A DNA stretch of 63,671 nucleotides, the filler included, from Reclinomonas americana ATCC 50394 (taxonomy: Eukaryota), in the NCBI GenBank assembly GCA_048213135.1. It is 12 parts of 6 records of this genome, joined end to end, with 100 filler letters (N's around TTAATTAATTAA, not from the genome) between each part and the next. Parts side by side here need not be neighbours in the genome. Positions count along the whole stretch, not along the records: positions 17,734 to 32,074 come from PS015616.1; positions 32,175 to 34,636 come from PS015617.1; positions 34,737 to 35,868 come from AFZH01014452.1; positions 35,969 to 37,838 come from PS015618.1; positions 37,939 to 41,044 come from PS015618.1; 7 more parts are not named here. One strand, written 5' to 3'. The notes beneath the pieces are model-generated. The model was not told where the DNA came from, did no database searches, and saw only the letters and a list, made by a program, of their open reading frames with translations. Within the stretch, counting starts at the first letter, position 1. Every line of letters starts with the position of its first letter. Shown in pieces: positions 26,314 to 39,800 of the stretch. Made by a program: the position numbers and the translations under genes.

Positions 26314-27105
26314 NNNNNNNNNNNNNNNNNNNNNNNNNNNNNNNNNNNNNNNNNNNNNNNNNNNNNNNNNNNNNNNNNNNNNNNNNNNNNNNNNNNNNNN
26401 NNNNNNNNNNNNNNNNNNNNNNNNNNNNNNNNNNNNNNNNNNNNNNNNNNNNNNNNNNNNNNNNNNNNNNNNNNNNNNNNNNNNNNNNNNNNNNNNNNNN
26501 NNNNNNNNNNNNNNNNNNNNNNNNNNNNNNNNNNNNNNNNNNNNNNNNNNNNNNNNNNNNNNNNNNNNNNNNNNNNNNNNNNNNNNNNNNNNNNNNNNNN
26601 NNNNNNNNNNNNNNNNNNNNNNNNNNNNNNNNNNNNNNNNNNNNNNNNNNNNNNNNNNNNNNNNNNNNNNNNNNNNNNNNNNNNNNNNNNNNNNNNNNNN
26701 NNNNNNNNNNNNNNNNNNNNNNNNNNNNNNNNNNNNNNNNNNNNNNNNNNNNNNNNNNNNNNNNNNNNNNNNNNNNNNNNNNNNNNNNNNNNNNNNNNNN
26801 NNNNNNNNNNNNNNNNNNNNNNNNNNNNNNNNNNNNNNNNNNNNNNNNNNNNNNNNNNNNNNNNNNNNNNNNNNNNNNNNNNNNNNNNNNNNNNNNNNNN
26901 NNNNNNNNNNNNNNNNNNNNNNNNNNNNNNNNNNNNNNNNNNNNNNNNNNNNNNNNNNNNNNNNNNNNNNNNNNNNNNNNNNNNNNNNNNNNNNNNNNNN
27001 NNNNNNNNNNNNNNNNNNNNNNNNNNNNNNNNNNNNNNNNNNNNNNNNNNNNNNNNNNNTGCGACGTACGTCTCTCGTCGTCGTCTATTATCTGTCTCTC
27101 TCTTT

Positions 27106-27144
<39 letters not shown>

Positions 27145-27213
27145 CTCCCTCACCTGTCTCTAAAGAGCATCGGAAAAACTCTTGCTCTCTGTCTCACACT
27201 CACCTTCCCCCAG

Positions 27214-30000
27214 ATACGTCGCCTACTACACCTCCACTCCACCGACCATCGACGGCCACATTGACGAGCGCGTGTGGGCCGAGGTTCCCTTCACGAATGA
27301 TTTCGTCGACATTGAAGGGTGCGCACCCTTCGTTGTCATCCTTCATTGCTTGCCTGTCTCAAACGCAATGCAGATCACCTCCGCGCCCGATCCCGCGCTT
27401 CCAGACACGCATCAAGATCCGCTACGATGCAACACATTTGTATGTGGCGGCGTACTTGCAGGAGGAGAATGTGTGGGCGTATCAGGCGCCCAACACTGTC
27501 ATTTATCACGATAATGGTGAGTGCAAGTTGTGGGGCGAAGATGGTGATGGAGGTAGGTGGCTGAACAGCGTGTGTGCTTCAAAAGATTTTGAGGTGTTTG
27601 CCAATCCGGATGGGACCACGCACTATTACAAGGTCAGAACGGGGAAGGAGGCAAGGAGAGAGAGAGAGAAAAAGGGAGAGTTAAAGAGAGAGAAAGAGAG
27701 TGCTATAGAGACAAGCAAGGAGAAAAGAGACGGGTAGAGACAGAAATCGACAGAGAAAGAAACGGAGGGAAAAGAGACAGAGAGACAGGGACAGACAAAG
27801 CCAGACAGATTGACAAATAGAAGGAGACATAAACAAAGACAGAGAAAGAGAGAGAGAGGGAGAGATAAAGAGGAACAGAGAGGAGCAAAGAGCAGTAGAG
27901 TGGAAAGAGAGAGACAGAGTACAGACAGAGATTGACAGAGAAAGACGGAGATTGACAGAGAAAGACGGAGACTGACAGAGGCAGAACAAAGAGAAGGAGA
28001 CTGAATTGGAGACAGAGAGAGAGGGAGAGATAAAGAGGAACAGAGAGGAACAGAGAGCAGTAGAGTGGAAAGGGAGAGACAGAGAAGAGACAATCAGAGT
28101 CAGAGACAGAGCGAGAGAGATAGAGAGAGCAAGAGAGAGAGAAGACGACGAGGAAGACTGAGACATTTCTTCTCTTCACCAGGAGTACGAAATCAATGCC
28201 ATCAACTCTGCGTGGACACTCTCGCTGAACAAGCCGTACTTGAATGGAGGTGACGCAGAATGGAGAGTCATAGCGAATTGCGCAGACGCTGACACTGCGC
28301 TACAGGGTACGAGAACAGCACACGCGTCTTCGGCGATCATGGCTGGTGCGTGGATTATTGTGTCTCTTCTCTCGCACTCTATGTCTATCTGTCTGTCTGT
28401 CTGTCTGTCTGGCTGGCTGGCTGACTGTCAGTCCATGGCACACGGTCTCGCTATGCCTGTCAGTCTATCTGCCTCTGCCTGTTCGGGTCTGTTGGCTGGC
28501 TGGCTCTTTATCTCTCTCTCGCGCGCGCTCTCGCTCTCTCTCTCTGTCTGCCTGCCTGACTGTCTGTTCTTGGCTAATAGCATGAATGCAGGACCATGCC
28601 TGTCAAGTCGGCCGTGTATGTCGACGGTCCGATCAACAATCCATCTGCTGGACTCGACAAGTTTTGGGTGCGTGTGTCTGCCTTTGTGTTGTTTTTTATC
28701 TCTCTCGCTCTTCGATGTAAGCACTTTTCTGGGCACATGCATGGAGTGCTTCTCTTTCTTTTTCTTTGGCGAAGTGCATTTGTTTATCCTTTTTTCTCTT
28801 CGTGGTGCGCGCTCTCATTGAGTCCTTGCTCGACATATGTTTGCCTCCCTTCCAATCTCTCTGTCTTTGTTGTTCAAGTGCTTCCTGCGCTTGCGTTATT
28901 CGCACCTTTGCGACGAATGCTTTGCGTGGGTGCTTCTGCTCCGTTGATGGACGATGCATTCTTGTTTCCGTCACCAGTCTTTGTGCAAGTACCTTTGAAT
29001 CCTTCGAAATTCTCCTTGCGATGGACGATACTTTTCATTTCTCCCTCCCTCCCTCCCTTTCCCCCTTTCCCCCTTTCCCCCTTTCCCCCTTTCCCCTTTT
29101 CCCCTTTCCCCCTTTCCCCTTTCCCCCTTCCTCAATACCCTTCCCCTCTCGCCAGTCCGTGGAGCTGGCCTTCCCACTCGCCTCCCTGGCCTACAACGAA
29201 ACCAGCGTGTCCCTGCCACCGCGCCACGGCCAGTACTGGCGCATGAACTTCTCCCGCGTGCAATACCGCGTCAAGGTGGTGAACGGGCGCTACGTGCCGC
29301 AGAACCCGAACTCGCCCGATAACTGGGTGTGGGCACCGACCGGCATTGTCAACATTCATCTGCCGGAGCGGTGGGGCTACGTTCAGTTCAGCACGGCGCC
29401 GGTGAACACGACGCAGCCGGTGCGCGACCCGCAGTGGACTGTGAGATCGGTGGCCATGTATTTGTACGAGGCGCAAGTTGCGGATGGTGGCGGCGGGGAG
29501 AAGGGGGAGAGGGAGGCGAAGGGGGTGGGGAGGGGGAGAAGGAGGGAAGAAGTTAAAGGAAAGGGTAGGTCTGTAGCGGTGTTAGTGGACTGCAGAATTC
29601 TGGTGAGCAGGATGGATGTGTGTGTATATGTGGAACGAGAGTGACGGAGACAATAGATAGGGGTAATCGCGCAAAAGATTCATTGCAGGCAGCCACATTC
29701 AACAGAAGATGCCGAGTGCTTGTTGACCTCAAAGCAGATTTCTTCAGACACTTCGACTCGAGCGCACAGCTTTACATCGAGACCTGTGTGCTGAGAACGC
29801 GAGGAAGAGAAGACATGCAGAGAAGGAATTTCATTCTGTGCTTTGCTGCTTCTGTGCTAGCTAAACTCTTTCTCAGTTTCTCTCAGCCTCTCTCTGTCTC
29901 ACGCAGCGTCTCTCAGTCTCTCTCTCTCTCTCAATCTCTCTCAGTCTCTCTCTTTCTCTCTCTCTCATTCTCTCTCTCATTCTCTCTCTGTCTCTCTCAG

Positions 30001-30031
<31 letters not shown>

Positions 30032-30420
30032 TTGACTCTCTCAATCTCTCTCACTCTGTGCCTCTTCCAGCACCCATCCACACTTTGCCCGTCTCTCCAT
30101 CACTGACCTTTGCCCTTGCCCTTTCCCCTTCTCTAGGTCTCGTACTTTGCCAAGCACTCACGTTACACGGACGACGTACACGAGCTGCAGGCGCTGGCTC
30201 CAGCTCACACACTCGACGGCACGTGCACTCAGTTGCGTGTGCATGCAGCGGTCGCCCTCTTCACTGCTGCTTTCTGTCTTTTACTCAAGCACGCACCAGA
30301 GTCCCCACCGTCACCCTCGCGGCCGACGCACAAGCATACCGAGGTGCTGTCAAATCACAAGATGGTCGCATGGTGGCCTCCATTGCCGACGACCGACTGC
30401 TGACGGTCCAGACAACATGA
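27214..30420 (+). CDS. Carbohydrate-binding family 9-like (DOMON-like) protein; 5' end in the gap
   Basis: Spliced product contains PPTIDGHIDERVW, FVDIEG, TRIKIRYDATHLYVAAYLQEENVWA, IYHDNDFEVFANPDG, YKEYEINA, WSVELAFP, WRMNFSRVQ and NWVWAPTGIVNIHLPERWGYVQF. All junctions are GT-AG and in frame. Confidence 0.85.
29053..29130. repeat. (CCCCTTT)n-like tandem repeat just upstream of a 3' splice site; a similar (CCCCTCTTT)n lies at about 6800-6855
   Basis: Direct observation. Confidence 0.85.
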
Positions 30421-30821
30421 TGTTGCTAGTGATGAAAAAGTACAGCCAGTGACCTCTCGTGCTCCTTGTTTGCCTGCTCTCTGTGGACTTCCCTGTTTGC
30501 TTTGCTGATTCGCCGTAATGTCCTCTCTCTCTCTCTCTCGCTCGCTCTCCTGCTTTATTCTCATCCGTCTTTCTACATTTATTCTTTCTGCGCTCTCTCT
30601 CTCTCTCTTTGTGCACTCTGCTTAATCTCTCATGTCGGAGCCATCGCGACATGTCGCTGCGGATATGCTGTTCTTGCTGTGGCTGACCAGCTTCGCGCCC
30701 ATCCCATAACCTCGCTTGCGTTTCAGTAAGGATCACCGCTGTGCCTCACTTCGAATTGTGTCACTTTCGTGACATACTTGCTGACTGCGATTTGATCGTT
30801 TTCCCCTTCATTTCCCCCTTT

Positions 30822-33040
30822 CTAATCCGGCACATTGCCCATGGCAAAGTCGCCCAGCTGACCGAGACGCGCAAACAGATGCCGCACGTGCTTCTCGGTG
30901 CACTGGCGATTGCCGCACGGCGCCGCCGGTGCGTACGTGGTGTTGCCGTTCACGTCCACGTGCAACACACTGCGATCGAGACGGTTGTCGGTCTCGCCCA
31001 CGCGGTACTCCATCAGCACGCTCATGTCGTTGTCCAGCTGCATGAGCGGCACCGAGCGCGGCGCCGGGCGGAATTGATCGTTGGGTGAGGGGATATCGAT
31101 GGGCGCAAACACCAACGTGAGTGCCTCCTTGGCGAGCTTCTTGGCGGCGTCCACGTTGAAGTTGTTGCCACCACAAAAGCCGGACACAAACGCCGTGGCG
31201 ACCGCGTCGCTGACCACACGTCGATTCGACCCAAACGAGGTGGTGGTGATGGCCTGCCAGTAGGCGCCGCCGACTTGAAAGGTGGACGGTAGCACGAGGA
31301 GGTTGTTGGCGCGGGCGGTGAAAATGTCGCGGAAGCGCATCTTGGGCAGCAGCTTCCAGGCCGGCTTGTAGTAGGCGCCTCCGAGTACGTCCTCGGCCTT
31401 CCACGTGTTGATCACATACTGGTTGTTGTTGGCGGCGCGCCGCACAATGCTGTGCGACAGACGACAGATGGTGGCGCCGAGAAGCACAAAGGCACCCTGC
31501 GCATTGGCGTCGGAGGCGTCGGAGATGGAGAGCACGGGTTCGGGCGCCCGCAGCAAACTCGTCCGGCGCGTCACGTGCTGACGGAGCCAGTCGCGGACAA
31601 CATTGGCGCGCAGTGTCGCCGCCTGCACCGTGTCGCCTCCCTGCACGGCACGCAGAGCCGTCGGCACCGTGCCCACCACGTGGTCGGGCTGGTTGGGCGG
31701 AGGGCGCAGAATCAAGTTGAGAATGGTGGCTTTGGTGACCACCAGCTTTAGCTTGACCGGAAAGTTGATCTGCGGCACCTTCGATCGGAAGGCGTTGGTG
31801 AGCTCTGCTCGGGCGCGGAGCACAACGGGGGCGTACATCACATTGCCATTGCGGCGCTCGTCAGTGTATGTGCTCGGCAGGAGGTTGAGTTGACGGGCAC
31901 CTCGACGACGCATCTCTCGTTGAATCGCTGGGGGGGTGGAGGTGAGAGACGCACGGAAGGCTGAAGGGCGAGAGAACAGAACGCACGATTAAAGCGCGCA
32001 ATGCGGACAGTCGGGTGCGTGTCGGCCTTGAGTGCGGTATGGCGGCGACGTTGAAATTGTTGACAAAATCTGCGNNNNNNNNNNNNNNNNNNNNNNNNNN
32101 NNNNNNNNNNNNNNNNNNTTAATTAATTAANNNNNNNNNNNNNNNNNNNNNNNNNNNNNNNNNNNNNNNNNNNNCCGCCGCCGCAGTGGAACTCCCATTC
32201 CTGGGGAGGGGGAAGGGGGGGGAAGGGGGATAAGGGGGAAGGTGAGGGGGGAAGGAGACAGAGAATTGCTGGAATCAGTGAGAAGAGAGTGTGCAAGCAA
32301 GCTTCGTAAGGTCAATAAACAGCCGCGGAGGAAAAAACAACGGCAGCTGCGATAACGACGATGGAGGTGGGTTGAGGAGGAGAAGAATGGTAAGTAACAG
32401 GAGAAGAAGAAACGCAGTAGAGAGAATGGAGAGTGTGCAAGCAAGTGGGGAACCGAAAGAGATGAGGTGGAAGCAACAGAAAGGCGAAGAAGAGGTGACA
32501 GCAGAACACGGAAACACGCGACAATGTTGGTCATGCAATCGGTCAGTACGCGCGTGCACATGTGTAAAAGAGTGTTGATGCTGTTGTTGTTCAGAGGATC
32601 GACGACTTGTCGACGGAGGCAACACGTAAGACCCCACAGAGAGAGAAGGACGAGACCCGTCGGAAAGAGACCAGAGACTGAGGCGAAGACAGTGGAAAGG
32701 AACCAGACGATTCTCTCCCTCTCTCTTGAGCCATCGCGCAACGTAGCCGAGAGTTGGCTTGCGAATCACTTCCATTTCCACCAGTGGTACATCGACGACC
32801 TCGTCTTCCGCATCATTAGCATCGTCACTGACACTGGTTTCTGTCAGAAGTTCGTCGAGAGTTGAGCTCAGATCGTCGGCGAGGTCGAGGTCGAGAGTGG
32901 CATGGGCGAGGATGACGCATGCGAGCAGAGAGAGGAGCTGTGAGGAGGAGAAGAGAGGAAGGGTGAGTGAGAGACAAGAGAGAGAGAGAGAGAGAGAGGA
33001 GGGACAGAGGACCGCGCGCTCTCGTGCTGCCTCTTCTCAT
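30822..33040 (-). CDS. Uncharacterised, probably secreted protein; exons on both sides of the gap at 32075-32174 are tentatively joined
   Basis: A 363-aa terminal ORF with coding-like composition is joined by a phase-1 GTGCGT..CAG intron (about 31929-31986) to an open upstream exon. A further upstream exon reads LLSLLACVILAHATLDLDLADD...KPTLGY|GTTGCG and looks like a signal peptide plus acidic region. The start codon and the join across the gap are uncertain. Confidence 0.55.
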
Positions 33041-34352
33041 TCTGACGACGTTTTCTCTGGTTGAGCAAGTGCACAGCTCGCACTTGCAATCAGCAATGGA
33101 CACTCAGACTGGAGGAACGCGAACAATAGTCACATAGACACTCAGTCAAAGTGTGCAGGGGTTCATCTCCGACTCACAGTGCAGTGGGAGGAGATGCAAC
33201 GAGGATGAGAGACACATTCTGACTCGCTCTCTCCTGCGCTCAGTCAATGGATGCAGTCTTCGTCTCTGATTCTCCTCGCAAAGAGAGAGGGCACAGATGA
33301 AGGGAGAGGAATGCACACACACAGACTCAGAGAGCGACAGGCCACACACGAACTCTCTTGCTCTCTCTCTCTCTCTCATGTTCTCTCTCTTCTCGTTTGA
33401 GTTCGCTCTCTCTCTGTGTGTGCTTGTGTGCGCAAGATAGTGTGACAACGCAACGACAGCTATTACACTGGCTCGCATGCTGCGTGAGAAACTATGAACA
33501 AACTTGAGAGATATCTACGATATCCGTGCTGCTCGCCATATTGGGGCTGTATTAGTCGTTCGGTCATTTGAAGGCGACAGAACTCAAGGCAGACACGAAC
33601 GCGACGAGGGGCTCTCTCTCGACCCTCGTTTCACCAGGCCACAGTTTTCAAGCCACAGAAGGGAAGCTGTTGCAGATAGAGAGCATGCATGTTCGATATC
33701 GGTTGTTGTCGCGAACAAGGCTCGAGATAGAGAGAAGCTGAACTCACCAAGCTTACGCACATTGGGAGGTGTGCTGGGATTGTAGCTGCATCTTGTTGTT
33801 GACAGCTGCAACACGACGTTCCCCAGCTGCATTTCCGAGCTCAACATTGATTTTCGCCGACGAAGATTTGTCGTGCATCTTCAACGAACTTTGACAGCAA
33901 ACGACACTGATTCAGACAATCGCGTCAAGGGGAAGCTGTGTAAGCTCACACAATAGTCCCGCGCGTCCCATAACCGGTTTCATCCCGTTTTGTAAACACT
34001 CGAGAGCAAAGACCATGCGTTGCGTCTCTTTGCCAACTTCTCGCACTCTTACACACACACACTGCCTTTCTCTCCTGTGCTTTCTTCTCTCTCACTCTCT
34101 CACGCTGTGTTTGACGAGGAAAAAGTGAGAGGAATCTTGCACTTTTTGTTGTGCAATTCCTCCGCTTTTTACTCCCTCTCTCTTTGTGTGTGTGAGCATC
34201 TCTCTCTCTCTCATACACACACTGGCATTGACTCTCATGTCTAGCACACAACTCTCATGTTGCATACACTCAGACAACAAACAACATTCTCACACGGAGG
34301 ATTGCTCTCAATCACGCATTCTCTTCTTTCTTTCTCTCTCTCTGTCTCTCTG

Positions 34353-34397
<45 letters not shown>

Positions 34398-34740
34398 GCG
34401 TGTAACTTTGTGAGAAGAATTTTTTGCGGAATAATTTTCCGTGCATTCCTCTCACTGCCTCTCTTGCTGTCTGCCTATCTTTCCCTCTTCTCATTTTCTC
34501 TCTCTCTCCCTCTCTTCCTCTTGTCCAGTCTGCCTCTCCTCGCTCTTTTATCCCTTTTTTTAACCTCTCCTTTACCCCCATTTCTCATTCCGCCACTCAC
34601 TCACTTCCCCTTCCTCTCTCTCTCTCTCTCTCTCTCNNNNNNNNNNNNNNNNNNNNNNNNNNNNNNNNNNNNNNNNNNNNTTAATTAATTAANNNNNNNN
34701 NNNNNNNNNNNNNNNNNNNNNNNNNNNNNNNNNNNNGTAG

Positions 34741-34835
<95 letters not shown>

Positions 34836-37355
34836 CGCGTGTATGTGAGGGAGAGAGGCGTGTACCCTGTGATTGATTGATTCTTTGCTCACTTTGCCAC
34901 CTGTCACTTGTCATCTCCGGTGCCCGACAACTCGTTCACTGTCAGAATGTCTTCCTCCCTCCCTCTCCTTCTCCTCCCTTCCTCTCCTTCTCTCTCTCTC
35001 TCTCTCTCTCTCTGTGACTCTGCACATTCTCGAGTTCCATCGTCCTCCGAAGTCTCTCCTCTCCTCTCCTCTGTGTCTCTCCCTTTTCTCCCTCTCATAC
35101 ACCCATGCTCAACGCGACCACTTATTCAGTGACAGTTCAATCATTCTGTCATTCTTCTCGCGACGCTCATTCGTTCCCGCCACCCTCACAACAGCGCACC
35201 GTGGACAAGGTCGGCAAGAAGTTCTTTGGCCCCTCTCGTGCGGAGCTGGTGCGTACCTCCTCTGCCACCTCCTTGTTTCCTCTCACCTCACAGCTCATGG
35301 TTGGTTATCGCTCTTGATTGCTTATCGATAGCCGGACGCGCCGCGCAAGGCCAGCTACCTGGTGAGTCCTCCTCCCCTCGTTCCGCTTCTATTCTCTTTG
35401 TGTATGGCCACTCGTGTCGTGTGTACCCACGTGCGCACACTCGGTGAACAGTGCATGCTCTCGATGGTCAATCCGTAGAGGGAGAGACTCACTTGAAGAA
35501 GCACGCACTTTTCTCGTCACAACTTGCGCACGCTCTTCATTCACTCGAAACGCATCTTTATCGTCTTCCTCCGCATCACATGGCACGTGAGACAGAAGAA
35601 TCTTGTCGTCTACACCTCCGTCGTTCCTCGCACCATGATGCACTTGCATGGTGTTGGTGTTGTCTCGTTTCTTTCTCAATTTCTGCTCGGTTACTCTCTG
35701 TTTCTTTCTTCACTCTCTCTCTCTTTTTGTTCTCTTCCTCAGCTCTCCTGCTGCACTATCTCTCTCTCCCTCCTCCTCTTCGTCCCTCTCTGCCTGTCTC
35801 CCTCTTGTCTCTCTCTCTCTCTCTCTGTTCAGGTTGCCTCTGCTGTTCGTTTTGTCTCTTTTCTTCCTNNNNNNNNNNNNNNNNNNNNNNNNNNNNNNNN
35901 NNNNNNNNNNNNTTAATTAATTAANNNNNNNNNNNNNNNNNNNNNNNNNNNNNNNNNNNNNNNNNNNNTTCGACTTCGCGGCGATGTTGATCGCGTGAGG
36001 AGAGGTGCGCAGTGGCAGAGGCACTGCGGCGAACCATGTTCTCTCACACTCTCACTGTGTGTGTTCGTGTCAGGTCAAACCGAGTGTGTCAATCAGAGCA
36101 ATGTCTTGTGTGTTTCCTGTGTTCGCGTGCGTGTGTGTGTCGTTTGCTCACCTCACAGACACCGCTCTCTTGTCTCACTCGTCGCTCCCTGCTCTCTCTG
36201 TGCGCGCGCGATTGGCGATGATGTGACCGTTTACAGTGGGATTGTGTAAATGCAGGTTTTTGTCGGTTTCTGTGTTTCTGAGAGTGGAATGTGTCGGCGA
36301 GCGATGGTGTAGCACTGGGAAGATGGATATGTAGTAAAGGAAAGAAGTTCTCGACGCGTAGCAAGTTTACGATGAGAAACTGAAAAGAAAAAGAGCAGGT
36401 GCTCGATGCAGAAACTCGTAGCGTGAGCAGTGGAGGTGAAAGTCAAAGGCACTTGCATTGAAGCTGGCGGTTGTGCAAGCGAAGCTGCGAGACAACTTGG
36501 AGAAATCGCATTTCTCCTCTTTTCATGCAAAAAATTGCAAGTGCCCGAAGCGCGCAGTTACCCGTGGCACCGGCAGCGAGCGGGGGAGTTGGAGTTCCAC
36601 GCGCTACTGCTCGGGGCTTTGCAGGAGGGACTGCAAGCTGGGGGAGGCAAGTGATCATGAATTGCAGTTGCAATTGCAAGAAAATGCAAAACTGGTGGCC
36701 AAAGCGGAAACATACGATGCACTGGAGATTATACGCGCGACCAGTAGCAGCCTGTGTCTCAAGCCTGGCCGTGTACAGCTGCAGCGCACTGCATTCTCTT
36801 GTCGAGAATTATTGATCGCGCGCGATAATATTCAAGCTGCAATAGCGCAGCGCTGCGTGTTTTCGAACACCCCCACGCAGCGTCGTGCATCAGCGTCACA
36901 GGAACGCCCACCCTCCTCGTCGTACAAACCCACCCTCTTGTGCTCGCTGCGAGGCAGCACAATGCGGAATACCACACATTGATGCATCACATGCATCACA
37001 TGCGCTGCGCGTGCTGCGCATGCACATACCAAGCACGTCGCACCACACTCTCCGCCTCCCACACACGCACACACCAATTCCCGCGCGCAAGCACAACAGC
37101 CGAGGCAGACAACGCAATAAAAAAGGGAGAGTCGTTGCATGCACACATGCACATGCAATATTCACAGCACCGCGCTCCTCTCCCTCCCTGCACACACACG
37201 CACACACACCACCACGTCTCCCTCACGCACACACACACCTACAAGCGCATCACATGACAAAAGTGACGTCCGCGGAGCTCCTTCCTTTTTCAGACGAGAC
37301 ACACACATTACTTTTTTTTCGTGTCTCTCTCACACGCACACTCTCTCCACACAAA

Positions 37356-39603
37356 ATGGCCTCTTCATCGCGATTCTTCAGTGGCGCTGCCAACGACGAG
37401 AACCTTCTCGAGCTGCAACTGCAGCGACAGCAGGGTGAGGTGCGCCGCGCCTTTGAGCGCATCGATTCCTCGGCAGTTGGTGAGTGCAAAGAGAGAGAGA
37501 GAGAGACGCGCGCGCGTGTGTGTGTGTGTACTCACGCATGCACGCGTGCGCTCTTGTGTGTACGTGTGTCTCTTTCTCTTAGGTGCGTCGCATGTGACGC
37601 GACGCGCGTTTGAGGAGCATGTGGCGTCGTATGGGCTCAACCCGCAGCGCACTGACATCAAGGTGCGTGTGAGAGAGAGAGAGAGAGAAGAGTGTGTGTG
37701 CGTGTGAGAGAGAGGATGCGATTTCACTTTTATGGTGCATTCGTATGTGTGTGTCTTATCGGACTTGCGCGTGTGTTTGTTTTGTTTGCGTGTGCATGTG
37801 TGTGTGGAGTCGTGCACTTTTTCTTAGTATGCCTCGCANNNNNNNNNNNNNNNNNNNNNNNNNNNNNNNNNNNNNNNNNNNNTTAATTAATTAANNNNNN
37901 NNNNNNNNNNNNNNNNNNNNNNNNNNNNNNNNNNNNNNTCCTCGATTCCCTCGCACTGACACGTGCGTCATTTCTCTTTGATTCAGCGATGTGGACATTG
38001 ATTTCACCATGCAATCCGTCTCCAAGGTCTTCACCTACTGCCTCGCCAGCGAGGAGTGCGGCCCCGATGAGGTTTGTTTGCTCTGTATGTGTGTGTGTGC
38101 GACACGCTTTCTCTGCTCGTGCTCATCGCACAACGTATTGCGCCACACAGGTGCACTCGCACATTGGTGTGGAGCCGTCAGGCCGCGCCTTCAACGAGTT
38201 TGTGCTCGACCGCAAGAACAAGCCGCACAACCCGATGATCAACGCCGGTGCCATTGCGTCGTGCTCGATGATCCGTCAGAAGGCGGCGTCGTCCACTCGC
38301 TTCGCCTACCTGCTGAAGCGCTTTGCCGATTTTGCCGGTGGCGCCCGTGTTGGTTTCGACCAGGCCACCTACCTGTCGGAGAAGGACACTGCCGACCGCA
38401 ACTACGCCCTGGCGTACTACATGGTGAGTTTGTGTGCGAGGTGCAGAGGGAGAGAAGGAAATGATTGTCGAAAAACTCATTCGTCGTCGTCATCGCACAG
38501 CACGAGAACGGCGTGTTCCCCGAGGGCACCAACATTCACGACACGCTGGAGTTCTACTTCCAGGTGTGCTCTGTCCTCATCACCACCCGCAAGATGTCGG
38601 TGATGGCTGCCACCCTGGCCAACGGCGGCGTGTGCCCGCTGACTGGAGAGTTGCGCATCAACTTGTTTGTTGTTGTTGTTGTTGCTTTGCACTTGTCGTC
38701 TCACACCAACGCAGGCGCGTGGTTTCGTCGGAGACCGTGAAGAACTCCCTGCAGATGATGCTGTGCGCCGGCATGTACGACTCGTCGGGCGAGTGGGCGT
38801 GCACGGTGGGTGTGCCGGCCAAGTCCGGTGTCTCGGGCGCCGTCATGGTGGTGATCCCAGGTTTGTCGTTTTTTGTTCGCGACACGCGCACACACACTGA
38901 ATCACTGACGTCCCGTTGTATGCACGCAGGCGTCATGGGCATCACTTTCTGGTCGCCGCCGCTGGACGAGCGCGGAAACTCGTTCCGTGCGTGCGAGTTC
39001 TACAAGCGTCTGACGGCCAAGTACGGCTTCTCTATCTTCGGTCAGCTGGTGCAGCAGGCCGTGAAGCGCACCGACCCGGGTGCCGATTTCTTCGCAATCC
39101 AGGCCACCTCCCTCGGTATGTGTGCCATTTTTTTCACTCGCCCTCGATTTCTGAGGTGCAAAACGCACTGACCACACTCGCACTCACACGCACAGGTCTG
39201 ACTGGTGGTGCTCCGTCAGGCTCCGGATCGGCCTCAGCAGCCGCTCCTGCCTCTTCCGCCGCCGCCGCCGCCGCCGCTGCGGCAGCAGCAGCTGCATCTG
39301 GTGCCTCGTCGTCGATGGCTCCTCCGGCAGCGACGCCGCGCTCAAGTCTCCCGGCGACTGCCTACTCGTCGCTGGACAGCTTTGACCGCTTCGGTGCCGG
39401 TGCTCGCACCAATGGTGCCGCCAGTGCCGTGTCCCCCATGTCCGAGGACATGGAGCAGCGCAAGGTACTTAAGAGAGAGAGAGAGGGAAGAAGAAGCAAG
39501 TGCGTGTTTTCTTACACTCTCTCTGCACGTTTCGCAGCGTGGCCGCGATGCCGAGGGCGACGCAGAGGCGCCAGTGATGAAGCGCCCACGCGCTCGCCAT
39601 TAA
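37356..39603 (+). CDS. GLS: Glutaminase (beta-lactamase-like fold); some internal exons fall in the gap
   Basis: [12 protein letters not shown] (catalytic SxxK), [78 protein letters not shown] and [11 protein letters not shown]. Confidence 0.95.
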
Positions 39604-39800
39604 GTGCCGATTGGCGACCTGCCTGCTACTTATGATCCCGCAGCGCGCATACCAATGCGCGTTGCCAGTGCTTATCTTTTTTTCTTACTTGGCGGGGAGA
39701 GAGGAGACCCCGAGTGAAGAGTGTGAGTGAAACGCGAGAGAACTAAACACACACGGGAGCTTCAATTCTACGACGATGAGGAGGGAACGGAGAACGCCGC

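Noticed and set aside
11474..27737. Long ORFs in the track consisting mostly of X
   Set aside because: They are read-through of N gaps.
29053..29130. CCCCTTT array as an interstitial telomere
   Set aside because: It is irregular, short and located in a polypyrimidine tract, so it is better explained as a simple repeat.
36458..36982. 174-aa ORF upstream of glutaminase
   Set aside because: No recognisable domain or splice support; likely intergenic.
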